A stretch of 63,636 bases of DNA, filler included, from Reticulomyxa filosa (lineage: Eukaryota > Protista > Foraminifera), in assembly GCA_000512085.1 (NCBI GenBank). It is 22 parts of 22 records of this genome, joined end to end, with 100 filler letters (N's around TTAATTAATTAA, not from the genome) between each part and the next. Parts side by side here need not be neighbours in the genome. Positions count along the whole stretch, not along the records: positions 10,677 to 15,489 come from ASPP01006250.1; positions 15,590 to 16,769 come from ASPP01043887.1; positions 16,870 to 22,639 come from ASPP01002757.1; positions 22,740 to 26,270 come from ASPP01000660.1; 18 more parts are not named here. One strand, written 5' to 3'. Position 1 is the first letter of the stretch. The number at the start of each line of letters is the position of its first letter. Below, piece after piece: positions 11,586 through 25,197 of the stretch. The notes beneath the pieces are model-generated. The model made no database searches and was not told where the DNA came from. It saw nothing but the letters and a program-made list of their open reading frames with translations. Both the position numbers and the translations under genes were made by a program.

Positions 11586-14200
11586 TCACTCGTTATCATT
11601 TTTTTGTTTGTTTGTTTGCATTGAATTGCCCACATTTTTATTGTCTCGTTTCAGAGTTTGATTTTGAAGCTTTTCACCTAAATTTCTACCTGGATTTATG
11701 TTTTTCATCTCTACGTCTTCACTTGGCCGATTCAAAAATTTCTTCACGACAACCTCAATCTGCAAGTCACCGATAAGGACTCCACTTTGAGATAAGGAAG
11801 GCCACACACAATGAGACACAGCAGTACCATCGCGATCACTGGTATGAAATTTTTTAAAACTCTTTTCATTGAAGAAGACAGGCTGTTTTTGATTGCTACC
11901 CATTCGAAATGAACTCGGAGCCAACACGAGTTCTGGCTCTTGCAATATTGCACGCCAACTCCATTCTTTTACATTCTTTACATATTCATTCATATTTTCA
12001 CGCAACTCTCTTTTTATTTTTTATGAAATATTTTGTTTTCGCTTACTCTTGTTAAACAACCATACTAAAAAACACAACTGTGGTAGCTGCATTTCATCAT
12101 TGCCAATGACTTTGTATATACGTTGATACAATTTCTTTTCAAAATCACTAGAAGAATATTTATCGCTGTAGTAATCTAACAAGGAATGATGATATTTCCT
12201 CAAATAAAATTGACACAAATATCTTGTCAAATCATTCATTTTTTTTTGTATTTCATTTCCTTTGTTTCGTTGTTCATCATTTTGATTTATCTTTTTTTCT
12301 TCTTCCATATTCTCTTTCTCTCCTTCTTCAATCACATGTCCAACCCCTAAAATAAGTTGAATTTCTTGATACACGTTTGTCTTATATGATTTCACATGAT
12401 CATATACTTTAATTAAGATATTAAATAGCAATTCATGACATGTTTCAAAACATTTTGCTTTGGATTGACTCGGATTATTTTGTCGCAACCATTTTGTTAT
12501 TTGTTCTTGGGCCTGTATTAGTTTGTTTATGAATGATAAAAATATTGAGAAAAAAAAAAAAAGAAATGAGAGAATACATTTTTGTGTGACTCATGACGAA
12601 TATAAGCAAAAGCTTCGGCTGATTCAGCAATTGATGGAAAACTGGAACGGACATTGAAAGCCAACATTCGATCCAATACGTCATCATGTGCTGATTTCGA
12701 TTTCAACTGCTCTTTAAGGTTATTTATTTTTCTATTTTACGGATATCATTTCAGAATGTGAACGATGAGAATGGATATTCCAACAAACCTTTTTTTTTTT
12801 TGAAGTGATGTTTTGCTCATTTAACTTGATATCATTTTCTTTATCTTTTTTAAGTTGCTCACATTCTCTTTGTAAATTTTTGTAATGGCTATAGAAAACA
12901 AAGGTAAAACAAACATTGGAATAAAATAGAAATAGAAATGTATTTGAGATCCAACAAAAAGAAAGTGATATTAACTCGCATAGTTGATTGCATTCTTGCA
13001 TTAGACTGCAATGAAAAATACGATAGAACGTCGATTGTAATTGAAAATATTTGATTTTATGTATGTTTATGTTTAGCACAGTTGTAAACATACAAATAAA
13101 AAAGTTTGAACAGAGCCGATATGACTTTTGGTTTTACTTTTCATATGCTTGGAATTCTGTGCCGTATAAATGTTTCCATCTGTAAAATGTGCATACACAC
13201 ACTGGCACAGTGAAGTAGGAACATAAATATTTGACATTTTTTGCGAATAATTTATTTATCCTAGCTTGATTATATCGGCATTTAATTCTTCAATTTTCTT
13301 TTTCCTATTCACCCAAATAATGATATTTACATTTGTATTATTGCCTGTTTTTATTTTGTTTGAAACACGTAGTGTTTGTGCAACTGCTCCTCATAATTCG
13401 TCTTCCATGTATTTACTTCGTGCTTATAACTGAACCAAAACAACAAACAATCTGTCATTTTTTTTTGTCTTTTTTATATTATATTCGCACTTACGATTTA
13501 TGCAGCTCCTAATTCTTGACATTGTGTTTTGAGTCTATTGAATGATCGAAGCATTTTATTCCAAAAAAACATGCAAATAAACAAAACAAAAACACATTAA
13601 ATTTTTCAAATATGTGATCCACTTATAGACTCTTTATAACTGTTCCACATCCTTTTTTGCTCTGTCGTATTTTTGCACATAGCTCATTTCAGATGTAAGT
13701 CATAAAACAAAACAAACACAGTTATAAGCACATGTTTTTAAAATTTTCTGTTTGTATTTTAATGTTTGTTTTTCTCACTCCATTTTTTTTTTTTTAATTT
13801 GGCAAATACATTCGAAAACACATGTTCATTTGAGTACCTTTCAAATTCTTTGTTTATCTTTTCATACTCTTGCCCCCTTTGATCATAAGTACTGATAAAA
13901 GAAAACACATGTGAACAAACATCAATAACAAAAAGCAAGATTATTCATTCTGCACACAAAAACTACACATATGCATACAAAATTTATTTGTATGATGAAA
14001 ATGCCCTCAAGTAAGACAATAATGATTAAAAATTTTCTCAACGTTCGCAATTGGAATAATTTCTTCATGAGTTGGTAAAAATTGTTGTCAAGAGTTTTCT
14101 TGTACAAATTGTTCATGCTTTTTATCTCTTCTGAAGATATATTTAAATCGGTCATCTTGTTAATTGCTTCTTGCATTATTTGTATAGTTTCTGACATGTC
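11586..14200 (-). pseudogene. Coiled-coil protein with MIEAP-like C-terminal domain, frameshifted or fragmented
   Basis: Successive minus-strand ORFs; C-terminus WRAILQEPELVL...FHTSDRD...CVWPSL...IEVVV resembles the MIEAP C-terminus; frame break near 12010. Confidence 0.4.
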
Positions 14201-14865
14201 CATTTCTCCTTTTGGTCTTGCCTTTTTTTGGGACTCTCTAATCTCGTTTTTTTCGAAATAAAACAAACAATAACATCAATTATTCCATTTAAAGATCAAC
14301 ACAAACAACCGAACAAAAATATGGAGTGGGTCACTTTTAATGTTAAATGAGCTCTACTTCTTTTGCTTTGGTCCAGAGAAAACGAGAAAAAACAAATACG
14401 TGAGTGCCAACAACAACAAAAAAGACTTGATATTAAAGACTATCGACACTGTCTTTCAAGCGTTATTTGAGTATGCCTCAATTTCCTCATTGTATTAAAA
14501 TGCAGAGAATATTCTTTTATGTTTTTAACTGAGCGCCTGACATTTTCTTGGTTTAAGATTGCAAAATCCAACAGCAAATGTCGCCTTTTTTTCAATGTAA
14601 AGAACTTTTTTAGCTTGGCAAATAAAAAAGGCACCATAAGCAAAATTTGTCTTTTTTTTTTTTTTGAGCTGTTTGATGTTGGTATGTGAAAAGGCAATTA
14701 AAAGTTTTGAAACCGTACTAATGAGCGGTTCATATTATTAATAAACAAAAGAATTAATTATGGTGAGTGAATGAAGATTTAAATTTCGGGTTTGTACGTG
14801 CGTACAGTAGCACTTGTTTAGTCCATTAAGGGTGTACTTTGGAAGGAAAAAAACTGTATGCATAA

Positions 14866-15400
14866 TGGATGATCCCTCGATTAATGTAAGAGAATTAAAA
14901 GATCAGCTGAAGCGCTTTAAATCATCAAATGAACAGTTGCAGCAGCAGTTGACAGAAGTGACAGCCCGCAAAGAATACTACAAAGCAGTTTCAAACTAAG
15001 CCCAAACCCAGCCTAAAACAGCACAAAGAGCATCAACAGCTGATATAATAAAAAAAAAAAAGAACAGCAAACTTTGTTTTGAATTGATATAAGAAAAAAA
15101 AGGCAATAAAATTAAAAAAAAAAATAAGAGTGAAATTGTGTAGTTGGTGAATGTGCTGTGTGTGAGGACACGTAGCAATTATTGCAGTATCATCAAAAAC
15201 ACAATGAAGCGGAGAACAAGCGCAAAGCGTCGATGATAAGCATGTCATCAAAAATCGCGGGACGCATGTGTGAGTTGTTGAAATCGTTGGAGAAGACAAG
15301 CGGGAGGCCGGTGTCACTGCGAGTGAACGAGCCATTTGAAAGTGAGAATGATTTTATGAATTGGTTTGGGCAGACATTGGCAAGAATAGACGAAACAGTT
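14866..15400 (+). CDS. Coiled-coil protein, 5' exons (partial)
   Basis: MDDPSINVRELKDQLKRFK... and YHQKHNEAENKRK... exons separated by an A-rich intron. Confidence 0.5.
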
Positions 15401-15589
15401 TTTTTTTTGGGAAAAACTTATTAATTATTATATAAATATATGTACATATATTTATATAATAATTAATAATTTTTTTTTTTTTTTTTTAGNNNNNNNNNNN
15501 NNNNNNNNNNNNNNNNNNNNNNNNNNNNNNNNNTTAATTAATTAANNNNNNNNNNNNNNNNNNNNNNNNNNNNNNNNNNNNNNNNNNNN

Positions 15590-16720
15590 GGAGTCAGGGA
15601 AGCCCATCTCTCCTCAGATGGCCAACACCACTCAACATGCGAAGCCAATTGCATTTATCCTCCCTCCCCCACCTCCTCCGCCTGCAGAGGCCCCTTACCA
15701 CAACGCAACTATGCAGGCCACCAACATGAGCACCGCGACGACATCTGCTGCCACTACAAATGCGAACACCAGCACAACCACGAATGGAAGCACTCAAGCG
15801 GACATCGCTCACAAAAAAGCATCCGAAGCAGACACTCTGAAGACTGCCACTCACGGTCGAAATCGCACTAAACCTGATATTGATTTTTCAGGTTTCGTGC
15901 TGTTACTGACCATATATGTATATACATATACATTGACGTATACATATATGTTGCATATTGATGTATAACTTAACTATGGTGAAGGCGCGATGGCACAAGC
16001 GCAGTTAAGTCGTCAAACGATACCGGATGAAACAAAGGACCGATCGAAGTCGCAAGCGTCGAAGGAAAACTTGTTGACTGGTATCAGCCCGGCACAGTCA
16101 GGCACGCAGAAAGAAATTTATGTGTTGCAACGGGTACATATACATATATGTATATGTATATATGTATACACTATTTATACATATATAATACATATATATA
16201 CATACATATATCATATATACTTATATGTTATTTTATTTGTTTCTTTGTTAATACCAAGTTAACATCCGGGTGAGCGAAATGACCATGTATGTTGCGTACC
16301 CTTTAGTGTAACCATCCACACATTGTGCAGCTGTTGGATTGGTGTGACACGAAAAAACGAATCTACATGGTAGTCGAGTTTTGCGATGGCGGCGACGTGT
16401 TTGAGCGAGTGGTCAACCTGAAAAAGTTTGGTGAGGTCGATGCCACTCGTGTCATTCGACAGGTGGCGAGTGCTTGCAGCATTTGCATGAACAAGAATTT
16501 GTGCATCGAGATCTGAAGCCTGACAATGTCATGTACTTGACCAAAGCGCAAGACAGCTCCATCAAATCATCGACTTTGGCCTGTCTGGCGACTGCAGCGA
16601 CGGTCCTTGTACCACTCCTTGCGGAACTGCACATTATGCTGCACCTGAAGTCTTGGGAAATCATCCCTATGGAATTCAGTCTGATATTTGGTCCTTGGGA
16701 GTCATTACTTACACCTTGTT
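15590..16720 (+). CDS. CAMK-group Ser/Thr kinase (partial)
   Basis: YMVVEFCDGGDVF, HRDLKPDN, DFG, CGTAHYAAPEVL, SDIWSLGVITY. Two 1-nt shifts in homopolymers (~16473, ~16566). Link to upstream low-complexity exons is tentative. Confidence 0.85.
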
Positions 16721-16869
16721 ATTTTTTCATTGTTTATTTGTCTGGCCACATAATCTATTATACATATATNNNNNNNNNNNNNNNNNNNNNNNNNNNNNNN
16801 NNNNNNNNNNNNNTTAATTAATTAANNNNNNNNNNNNNNNNNNNNNNNNNNNNNNNNNNNNNNNNNNNN

Positions 16870-17466
16870 GGCAATGGCAATGGCAATGGTAATGGTAATG
16901 GTAATGGTAATGGCAATGGTGGTGATGCTGACACTAATGGTGATGGTGGTGATGTTGATGGTAACAATACCAATGGCAATTATAATAACAATGAACAGGA
17001 AGATGCAGAGGCAGGGGCAGGGGCAGGGGCAGCAGCGAAAGAACCACAAGATGAACTAGCCAACAAACGCCGCGACTCGAAACGACAAGAACAAGAAGAT
17101 CCACGAAACACCAAAGAGGCCATAACGAAACGACAGGGACGACAAGACAAAGCGCACAGTCGCGACGAGTCGGCTACTGTTCCTGCCGACATGTTTAGCA
17201 AGGACCCCGCCGAGACCGAGGAAGCCAAAAAAGTCAGGGAAGAACGAGCTCGCAAGGTCCGACAAGAGTCAATCGCCATTCCCAAAAACTTTTTAAGCGC
17301 CGAGCATGCTGATGACAGCGAAGATGACACATCGCGAGAAAAACGAATCAAACATCAACGAAAGCAATCGCTGCTCAAGGCTGTTGGAGACAAGGGCCAT
17401 TTGTCCGACGAAGATACAGAAAAGAAGCAACGTATCGACTATCAAACTCAAAGAAAGGTTTGTTTG

Positions 17467-17508
<42 letters not shown>

Positions 17509-18340
17509 TTTATTTTATTTTATTTTATTTATTGTCATTCTTCTTTCCTACTTTTTCAAATTTGTTTGTTTTTTTTTTTCCCCCTGTTTTGCTTCTCTTG
17601 ATACTACTAAAGATTGACAGAATAAATCGTCAAAAAGTGAAAGAATCAAAAGCCGCAGAAAAATCAGAGGTTTGTACATGTAGACCATATAAATATTTAT
17701 TATGTGTATATGTATGTAATAATCATCTTGTTTGACCGAAATTACACAACATATCTCACACAAGACATCTGCGCATCACCGTCGAGAATCTTCTCTGCCT
17801 GTTCCGGATTTAGGTTTTGACGATTCGACCATGTTGCTTTCAGTTTTGTAGTCAGTGCACGTAACATTATTATTATATTTATTTTTTCTCTTAAAACCCC
17901 ATTAACACGAAAGGCTGCTCAAGACGAAGTAAAAACTTTGAAAGAACAATTGAATAAAGCGCAAGAAGATAAAAAGGTAATTGAAAAACAATTGCAAGAT
18001 ACCAAGATTGAAGCAGAACAAAGAGAAATCCAGTTGGGAAAAGAACTCGAGAAACGTATCGAACTCAAATTTGAACAAGAGAAAAATGGGTTACTCGCGA
18101 CAAGCAAAGAAGAAATTAAGGCCATGACTTTACGTATTAACGAATTGAAAAATCAACTCACACTTGCCGCTGATTCCAAACTCAACTTAATTCAATGTAC
18201 CAACAATGAAATCAATCGACTTAAGTTAAAATTTTTTTTTAACCCTCCTCCTGTTCTCTTTTTCTCTTTTTCTCTTTTTTCCGATCTCTCTTGAAAACTG
18301 TTCTTGCTTGCAAACTTATCCATAGTCGTGTCATCAATAC
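16870..18340 (+). CDS. Low-complexity/coiled-coil protein (5' partial, multi-exon)
   Basis: G/N/D-rich start, charged exon 17050-17457, coiled-coil exon ~17914-18224. Confidence 0.55.
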
Positions 18341-20007
18341 TTTACTTCAAAGCGAAAAATGCAAAGAAATCACACGTTTGTTGCTTGATGATTGCCAGAA
18401 TCGTTAATGACTCACGCTTACTTTGCCAAGAAAATTCAGATTTTTTTTTACAAAATGTTAACCATTTTGTGTTTGTTTTTTTTTTGGGTGTATTAAAACA
18501 TGATTCGAAAAAAAAAAGCACACCAATGGTTGTTTGGTTGGCCACAACAAACGGTGCGTTTTAATTTTATTTTTAAATACTTTCTTTTTTTCTCACTTTT
18601 TCTTTTTTTTTCCTTGTTTTTATGCTTGAATGACTACTGCAAAGCTTTCTCAAAACATTTCACAAAGTGAAAAAAATCACTTTCATTATTGATAACGGAA
18701 AAATCAACAATACTCAAGGCAATCTTCAAATTCATTATATACGAGCAAATATAACAAAGTCACAACTGACGAAGGTGAACATCAAGCGAAATTGCGAAGA
18801 ATTGTGTTTATAACTACTTATGTAAACAACAAATAAAAGCATCCATATCAATACACCAATGAAGCAATCCATGCATGAATAACAAAAAAAAAATTATTCG
18901 TGCTAAAACAATAAGACAAAAACGATTGATGTTTGACAAAACAGCTTTATGCAAATTTTTACTTTCGTTGATTGTTCAAGGTTGTTATTACTTTCTGTTT
19001 AATTAAACCTTTTCATTTTGCAAGTTTTTAAAATGTGAAAACAGACAATGCATATTATTAGTTCAACAAGAAAAAACTTCTGCATAGAGTCAAAAGTATT
19101 TATAATATTTTTTAGTATTACCTTAAAATTGTGTTCAAAATTTATTTTTAAATAAGCTACAAACAAAATTAACTATTTCTGAAATAAAAATTTGTAATAA
19201 TTTTTTTAAAAAGTGTCGTTAATGTGCTTATTTTTCAATGATACTTATATATATTTAAAAATTTTGTGTTATGCATGTTTAAAAAAAAACTATTTAATGT
19301 AAATGAATTTTTATTATATTTTTTTTACTATTTCAATATTTACATAAACTAAATGAATGTATATTTTTATAGTACATGAACGACACTTTTTATTTTAAGA
19401 AAATTTTTTTGTAAAATTTTACTTTTGAATTATTTTAAGTTTTTTGTTGGACAAAAATATAGCAGCAGTGCAAATTGGAATTCCCAACACACATTTGTTT
19501 TAGTTGACAAATTGCCCCTGTTTTCAAAGGAGCCGAGAGATTGAGAATTTTTTCAGAAAAAAAGTCAATAGAAGGACAGTATAAAAAAACTTTCCAAAAA
19601 AAATAAGACGGAGCGTATTAGACGCGGAGTAAGTTTTTTTCACATTCTTTCAATGCTCATTGTAGAGTGTCAAAAAAAGTGTTGAAGAGTTTTTCCAATG
19701 TCCGCTTTGTTACAGTGAAAACAACGACGTCTCGAACAAAGTTTTAGAGTGCAGTGATCCCTGTCGAATACACTCAAATTGACTGTGTTCCTTTTGTAAG
19801 CATTTTCTGCAAGTATGGTCATTCTTTGCAATCAATTACATAGGTTAAACATTAAACCCAATTTATTCATTTCACTTAGTTGCGTGACACAATTCCTTGT
19901 TCGAATTGTATTTTTTTTAAACTAGCCAACTGAAAACCACAGTGTGGTGTTAAAAAAGAGGTTTAAGATGTGCTTAATACTAACAATGGAGAAAAGCTTA
20001 GATGTGT

Positions 20008-21574
20008 TCATTCCTCGTTGAGTCGATTCAACAACAGTTTCCCTGCCTCGTACACGGATATCATAATTGCACAGGCAAGAGGTACTTTTGCTAAACGGGC
20101 AGTGATTCCAGCATATAAGCCTTTCGGACCAGCCGTTTTCAGAACAGTTTGCAAAGAAGTTTTGAACGATATGTCTTTTGGTTGTGGTTTATTTTCCACA
20201 TTGGTCCCGATTCCGATTAGCATGGACTGTCTCTTTGTTTTCAAAACGTCAAAAGGCTGCGTAATGATCGACGCAATGCTACCGGATATCGCACCCGACA
20301 TAAATCCAACCCGAAAAATGTCACCTGTTGTTGGGATGTATTCGAGAGAGTCTGTTTGACGAGAGTGCGACGTTCGATGCCGTGTGGCCAATTGTTCATA
20401 AAAGTGATCTTTGAGAAGTTCGTACCCCATCCAATAAATGCCACTGAATGGTACATCCCTCCACAGAGTAGGTACCACTCCTTTCCACAATGACAGAAAT
20501 CCTTCCGCTTGAATATTCAGCAATGTGCCTTCATACACGGACAAGTTGCGACTAATGGTACGAGCCTTTTATTTCAATTTCATTTCCAAACATGTACATA
20601 CATATATATATTTTGCATTTTGTAGGGTTTGATTTTTTCCCTCTTTTTTTTTTTTTTTTTTGAAATCGAAATTTTTAGAACTTTCCACCTCCACGAAAAA
20701 TCGCAACAGAAAAAATTGGGTAACATTTTTTTTTTTACTAGCAACACAAAAAAAAAAAAAAAAAAAATAAGACCTGCATTTGAGTTCGCAATAACTCCAG
20801 TGGTGAGACAACACACACAGCAAAAGTTCGTGCAGAAATGCCAGCAATCAAGGGAGCCCAAGCGCTCAAGGTTCCTTTATGAAAGGCAAATGGTTGATGC
20901 TTGGGATTGCCCGAAGCGTTATTGGTGGCCTCGCTACTGTCAGCAACTGCCATCTGCTCAGTCATCTCCAAAAGTCTATTTCGTAGCATGTCATAAGTGC
21001 CAAAATACAACACCGTTGCCGGGATCGCCATCCACAAAGTGACGGACAAGCCTGTGTACAGATGACTGATGCCTTCATATTTGCCAATTTTAATCGCTGC
21101 GTCCAAAGAATTCGAAAAGCGCAGGTGCATGTTATGGCATTGCGATTTCGTTGCTATGTCTTGGATCATGTTGGCTGGCAGAAAGTATTCCATCAGACCA
21201 TTGCTCATAAAATACCAACGTCGGAGTGTTGTTGGCTTCGTCACTGAAGGGGGTACCTCGGCCATCCCCGGTTTTTGTACTTTCATTTTCGCTTGGTCCG
21301 ACAGAGCTTCTGCGGGAGCATTGCTCAATTCCAGGGCCTATTCTTTGTTTTGAAAATTTGAACATAATTCAAAACAATCAGGGCCTGCTATCTCACTTTT
21401 TTTTTCCCTCTAATGTTCATTATCGGGTTGCAAACAAAAAATTGCTCTAACTTGCACTTGCATGCGTGTCTTGATGACATCAAATGGTGTGACAAAAAGC
21501 GAAGTAATGAGTGACCCAACGCCGGCTGACACTATTCGCTGATAAGGACTAATATCCGCATCTGACTGTGGCAT
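20008..21574 (-). CDS. SLC25A40: Mitochondrial carrier SLC25A39/40 (Mtm1-like)
   Basis: join(21452-21574, 20774-21337, 20008-20565); three carrier signatures PFDVIKTRMQ, PLELLRTQMQ, PFDVLKTKRQ; NGLME insert; AIPATVLYF; RDVPFSGIYW; splice phases close. Confidence 0.9.
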
Positions 21575-21935
21575 AGTGAATGCAATATTTCTCTTCCTCG
21601 ATTAAGGGGACGTAAAAAAAAAAAAAATTCGATTCATGCGTGTCAGCTTTTTTTTCTCTCTTGCATTCAGGTAGAGAACATTCAATTGGCAGACACCTTA
21701 TCAAAATAAGTTGCTTTTCAAATTTTTGTTGACCGTACAATTTGTGGCTGTGCCGAGTCATCAAATTCGAACTAAATTGAAATTTTTTTACTGTGAAGGA
21801 TGCTGACACCACAAACAAGAAGCGTTTCTTGGTGTAGCTTTTTTGAAGCAAACACGCAGCCAAGAAACACGCACGACGAATGAAGGAGAGGAGGATAAAA
21901 AAAAAACATAACAAACAATATATCATTCTGTTATT

Positions 21936-22595
21936 GTGCATGTAAGAATGATTTGGGTTGGAATGATAATTTTCCTCCATCAACTTACTTCTCACATTAC
22001 AAGCAAACAAAATTATTGTTTGAGTTCACTATTTTTTTTTATTTTATTTTATTTTATTTTTATTTCGCAAGGTCATCTTTTTTTTTTTTTAGTGGTCGCA
22101 TATGATCAAGATATCAGATTTTGTCCTTTGAACATAAATAAAAAAGAGGGGAAAAAAAGGTATCTATGGAGCAACATGTTGTGAATTTGTCGGATTAGTT
22201 TGAAGTTCCATCAGTGACAATATGGTGGATAGTTGATGTGGAGATTCGATAACAATGTCCGGTTCATCGCAATGGACGGATTTGTTTCGTGTATTGTGTT
22301 GTCTTGTTTTTTTCTTTTCTGTCCATATTTCTGCTTCGGTCGTGTTCATCAACACGCCTGCGCCTATTTTTTGGGGGCCAGTGTCGCTGTTTGATTTTGC
22401 ATGAAAATGGTCATCATTACCGTGTTTATTTTTGTCATCCGTTAACACGTTTGTTCCTATTTCAATGACATTATTCTGAGAGAGGAGATTTAAGCCATTG
22501 CAATTCAATACAGTTAAAGGAGTTAAATTCGGATTTACAGGCAATGATCCTCCACCAATTCCATCAATCGTTAGCGACGGAGAAGGACCACTCAA
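21936..22595 (-). CDS. Hypothetical protein, 3' fragment
   Basis: 143-aa ORF with coding-like composition; no family recognised. Confidence 0.35.
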
Positions 22596-22739
22596 ATACT
22601 TTTTTTTTTTTTTTTTTTTTTTTTAGTGTATTTTATTAANNNNNNNNNNNNNNNNNNNNNNNNNNNNNNNNNNNNNNNNNNNNTTAATTAATTAANNNNN
22701 NNNNNNNNNNNNNNNNNNNNNNNNNNNNNNNNNNNNNNN

Positions 22740-22793
22740 AATTATCATCATATGATACGTTTTTAGGCGTTCAGTTTTCCTTGCGACATACTG
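22740..22793 (-). mobile_element. Tc1 terminal repeat (variant B) nested in the adjacent Tc1 copy
   Basis: ...TTCAGTTTTCCTTGCGACATACTG|TA, followed directly by transposase-derived sequence. Confidence 0.7.
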
Positions 22794-23270
22794 TATATGC
22801 ATTTACACATCAATTAATGTTACATTCATAAAACGACTTAACACTCCAAAGCAAGACCACATGATTATGCTTCCAATACTAATTTGATATTTTTATGATG
22901 AATGTCAGCTTCGATTTACGCACACATTCATGACTTACACAAAATTGTTTTGCAACTTTGCGCAAACTCCAGCACTGGAGCAGCTCAACAACACGTCTTT
23001 TGTTAAAATTCTCAATCCTTTAGTAATTTCAAAAAAATAATTAAAAAACTCAAATATTGAACAACTTTGTTTTTCTTTTTTTTTTTTAGGTCAAAGTATA
23101 AAATATTGAAATAATTAGAAAAGATATAATAAAAAACCAAAATGATATTTAAAAAATATACTATTTGTATATTTTTAAAAAATTATGTCTGAATGTTGTT
23201 TTTCATGTAGAAAATCAATCATCTCTATAAGATGCCGTTTTAGGTGTCAACTTTACTTTGCATTATACTG
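22794..23270 (-). mobile_element. Internally deleted Tc1 element
   Basis: Matches 34331-34413, then jumps to 34809 onward; encodes GSIIMWSCFG (GGGSVMVWGCF motif); ends TATACTG|TA. Confidence 0.85.
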
Positions 23271-23417
23271 TATTTCGATAACTTAAGTCAGCAAAATGCT
23301 ATGTTTTGATTATAGTTATATTTACTCGTAAATTGGTCATTGTTGTCATGTGCTGATTAAATAAAACAGAAACTAAAAAATTAAAAAACACAGTTTGTAC
23401 CCAAGGCTGAAGGCTTT

Positions 23418-23620
23418 TCACTGGATCGATCCCAAAGAAAATTGCTCTGCCGATGAATTCAGCAAATACATTGTGGATAGAAAGTGTTCAACTATTTTTC
23501 GATTACATAAGCAACAAGAGCATTAAATAAATAAATGAAACAAATGAAATAAATAAATAAATAAATAAATAAATAAATATATACATACATATATACATAC
23601 ATATATACATACATATATAT

Positions 23621-23651
<31 letters not shown>

Positions 23652-24023
23652 TGTATATATGTATATATTTATTTATTTCATTTATTTGTTTGTTTGTTTA
23701 TTGGAACATACTTGCAATGAAGCAAAAGACTGGGAAAAACAACTGCGAGAATCTCGTGTAAATAGTCAAAGCGAAGGAGAACAAGAACAAGGCCATCAAC
23801 ACCCACGTGAACAGACTCCACACGATAAAGTTGGAGTAAAAAGCAAAGGCGATGACGCAGCAGCTTTCGAACACGACGTTGCGGATACAGCACCACATTA
23901 CATAAATCACAAACAGTGAGCAGTGTTTGTCGTACCAGCGGCAGATGCTTTCGAGCAAGTTGTTCGACGAAGCAACGGTGATGGTGGTGGTTGTTGTTGT
24001 ACTTGGATTGTCTTCGTCATTAC

Positions 24024-24086
<63 letters not shown>

Positions 24087-25197
24087 CATTATTATTATCA
24101 TTATTGTCATTGCCATTCCAACGTATATGTTGTGACGCGGACAACTGAAATAAGCCAATATTGTTATTGGTTGACATCTCGTCACCTACCATACTCTGCG
24201 AAGAGGGCTTGAAAACGTGGCCTACCACGTCGTTTCCTTTTTCGTGTCCATAAGCACTGGTCGTGGTGGTGGTAGTAGCAGTAGTGATGATGGTATTGTC
24301 GCTGGGGTCGACACCGCATGCTTCCAATGCTTTGCACAGGGTGTTGATGTCTCGGATAGGAATGTGCAGCATTGCGATCAAAGGCAGGAACAACTCGATT
24401 GGCGCCACCCATTCCAAGTGCAACGACTTCTTCAGCGCGCGTAACATGCCCAGATACTGCTGCTTCTTGCGATACATGCACTCGTACGCGATCACCACGA
24501 CTCGAAGGCCGATCAATCCCAACAACGCCAAACCTAACCATTGACTGACCCCCCAACGATGTCGCGCTTCTTCGCACTCATCTGTTCGACACGTCATACT
24601 GTCATTAGACGACGACGACTGTGAGTCCACCACAATGAACGAGTAACAAAATGCAATAAACAACCATGTCTCGATCCACGAGAGTACGTATACAAATGGC
24701 TGAAATAATTGCGAATATTCCATCCATTCTTGCACTATTACTTTCAATAAATATTGTCTACACATGTCCTCGCCGATTTCATAACTTGCAATTTCTTGAC
24801 ATATGTCCGATGGAAGAGATTGTAATGATGATGATATCTCCTCGGTCTTGGTCTCTGTTCCCATCTCTTGTTTTTGTTGTTGTTGTTGGTGATGCTTTTT
24901 TTCTGGACTTGTGCTCGACACCTTTTGATACCACTCTGCCATCATCGTCTCGTATGCACTGTTGATCTGCTCGCCTCGCTCTTTCATCATCACCTCTTTC
25001 AACCTTTTACTCGCGTTCACTTGTATTGGCTTCCATGTACTCTCCTTTATCCGGGTCTTTTTCTCTTCGACAAATCTCGACAGCAACTCATACAACGACG
25101 GTAATTCTTGCTTTACCGAGGAGAGACGATCATTCCTTGGATGGGGGAGCTCAAAGTTACTCTCTTCAAATTCAGTAGCTCCTAATGGAGTATTCAT
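23418..25197 (-). CDS. Multi-pass membrane protein with poly-N loop
   Basis: 499-aa ORF with several hydrophobic helices; probable intron 23492-23711 and short last exon. Confidence 0.65.
23525..23700. repeat. Palindromic compound microsatellite (AAAT)n(ATAC)n(AT)n(GTAT)n(ATTT)n
   Basis: Arms are near reverse complements about ~23621, including a shared AAATGAAAT variant. Confidence 0.85.

Noticed and set aside
23907-24212. Poly-I, poly-L and poly-Y ORFs (also 17306-17735, 55881-56507, 7892-8398)
   Set aside because: Shadow frames of microsatellites or of real genes on the other strand
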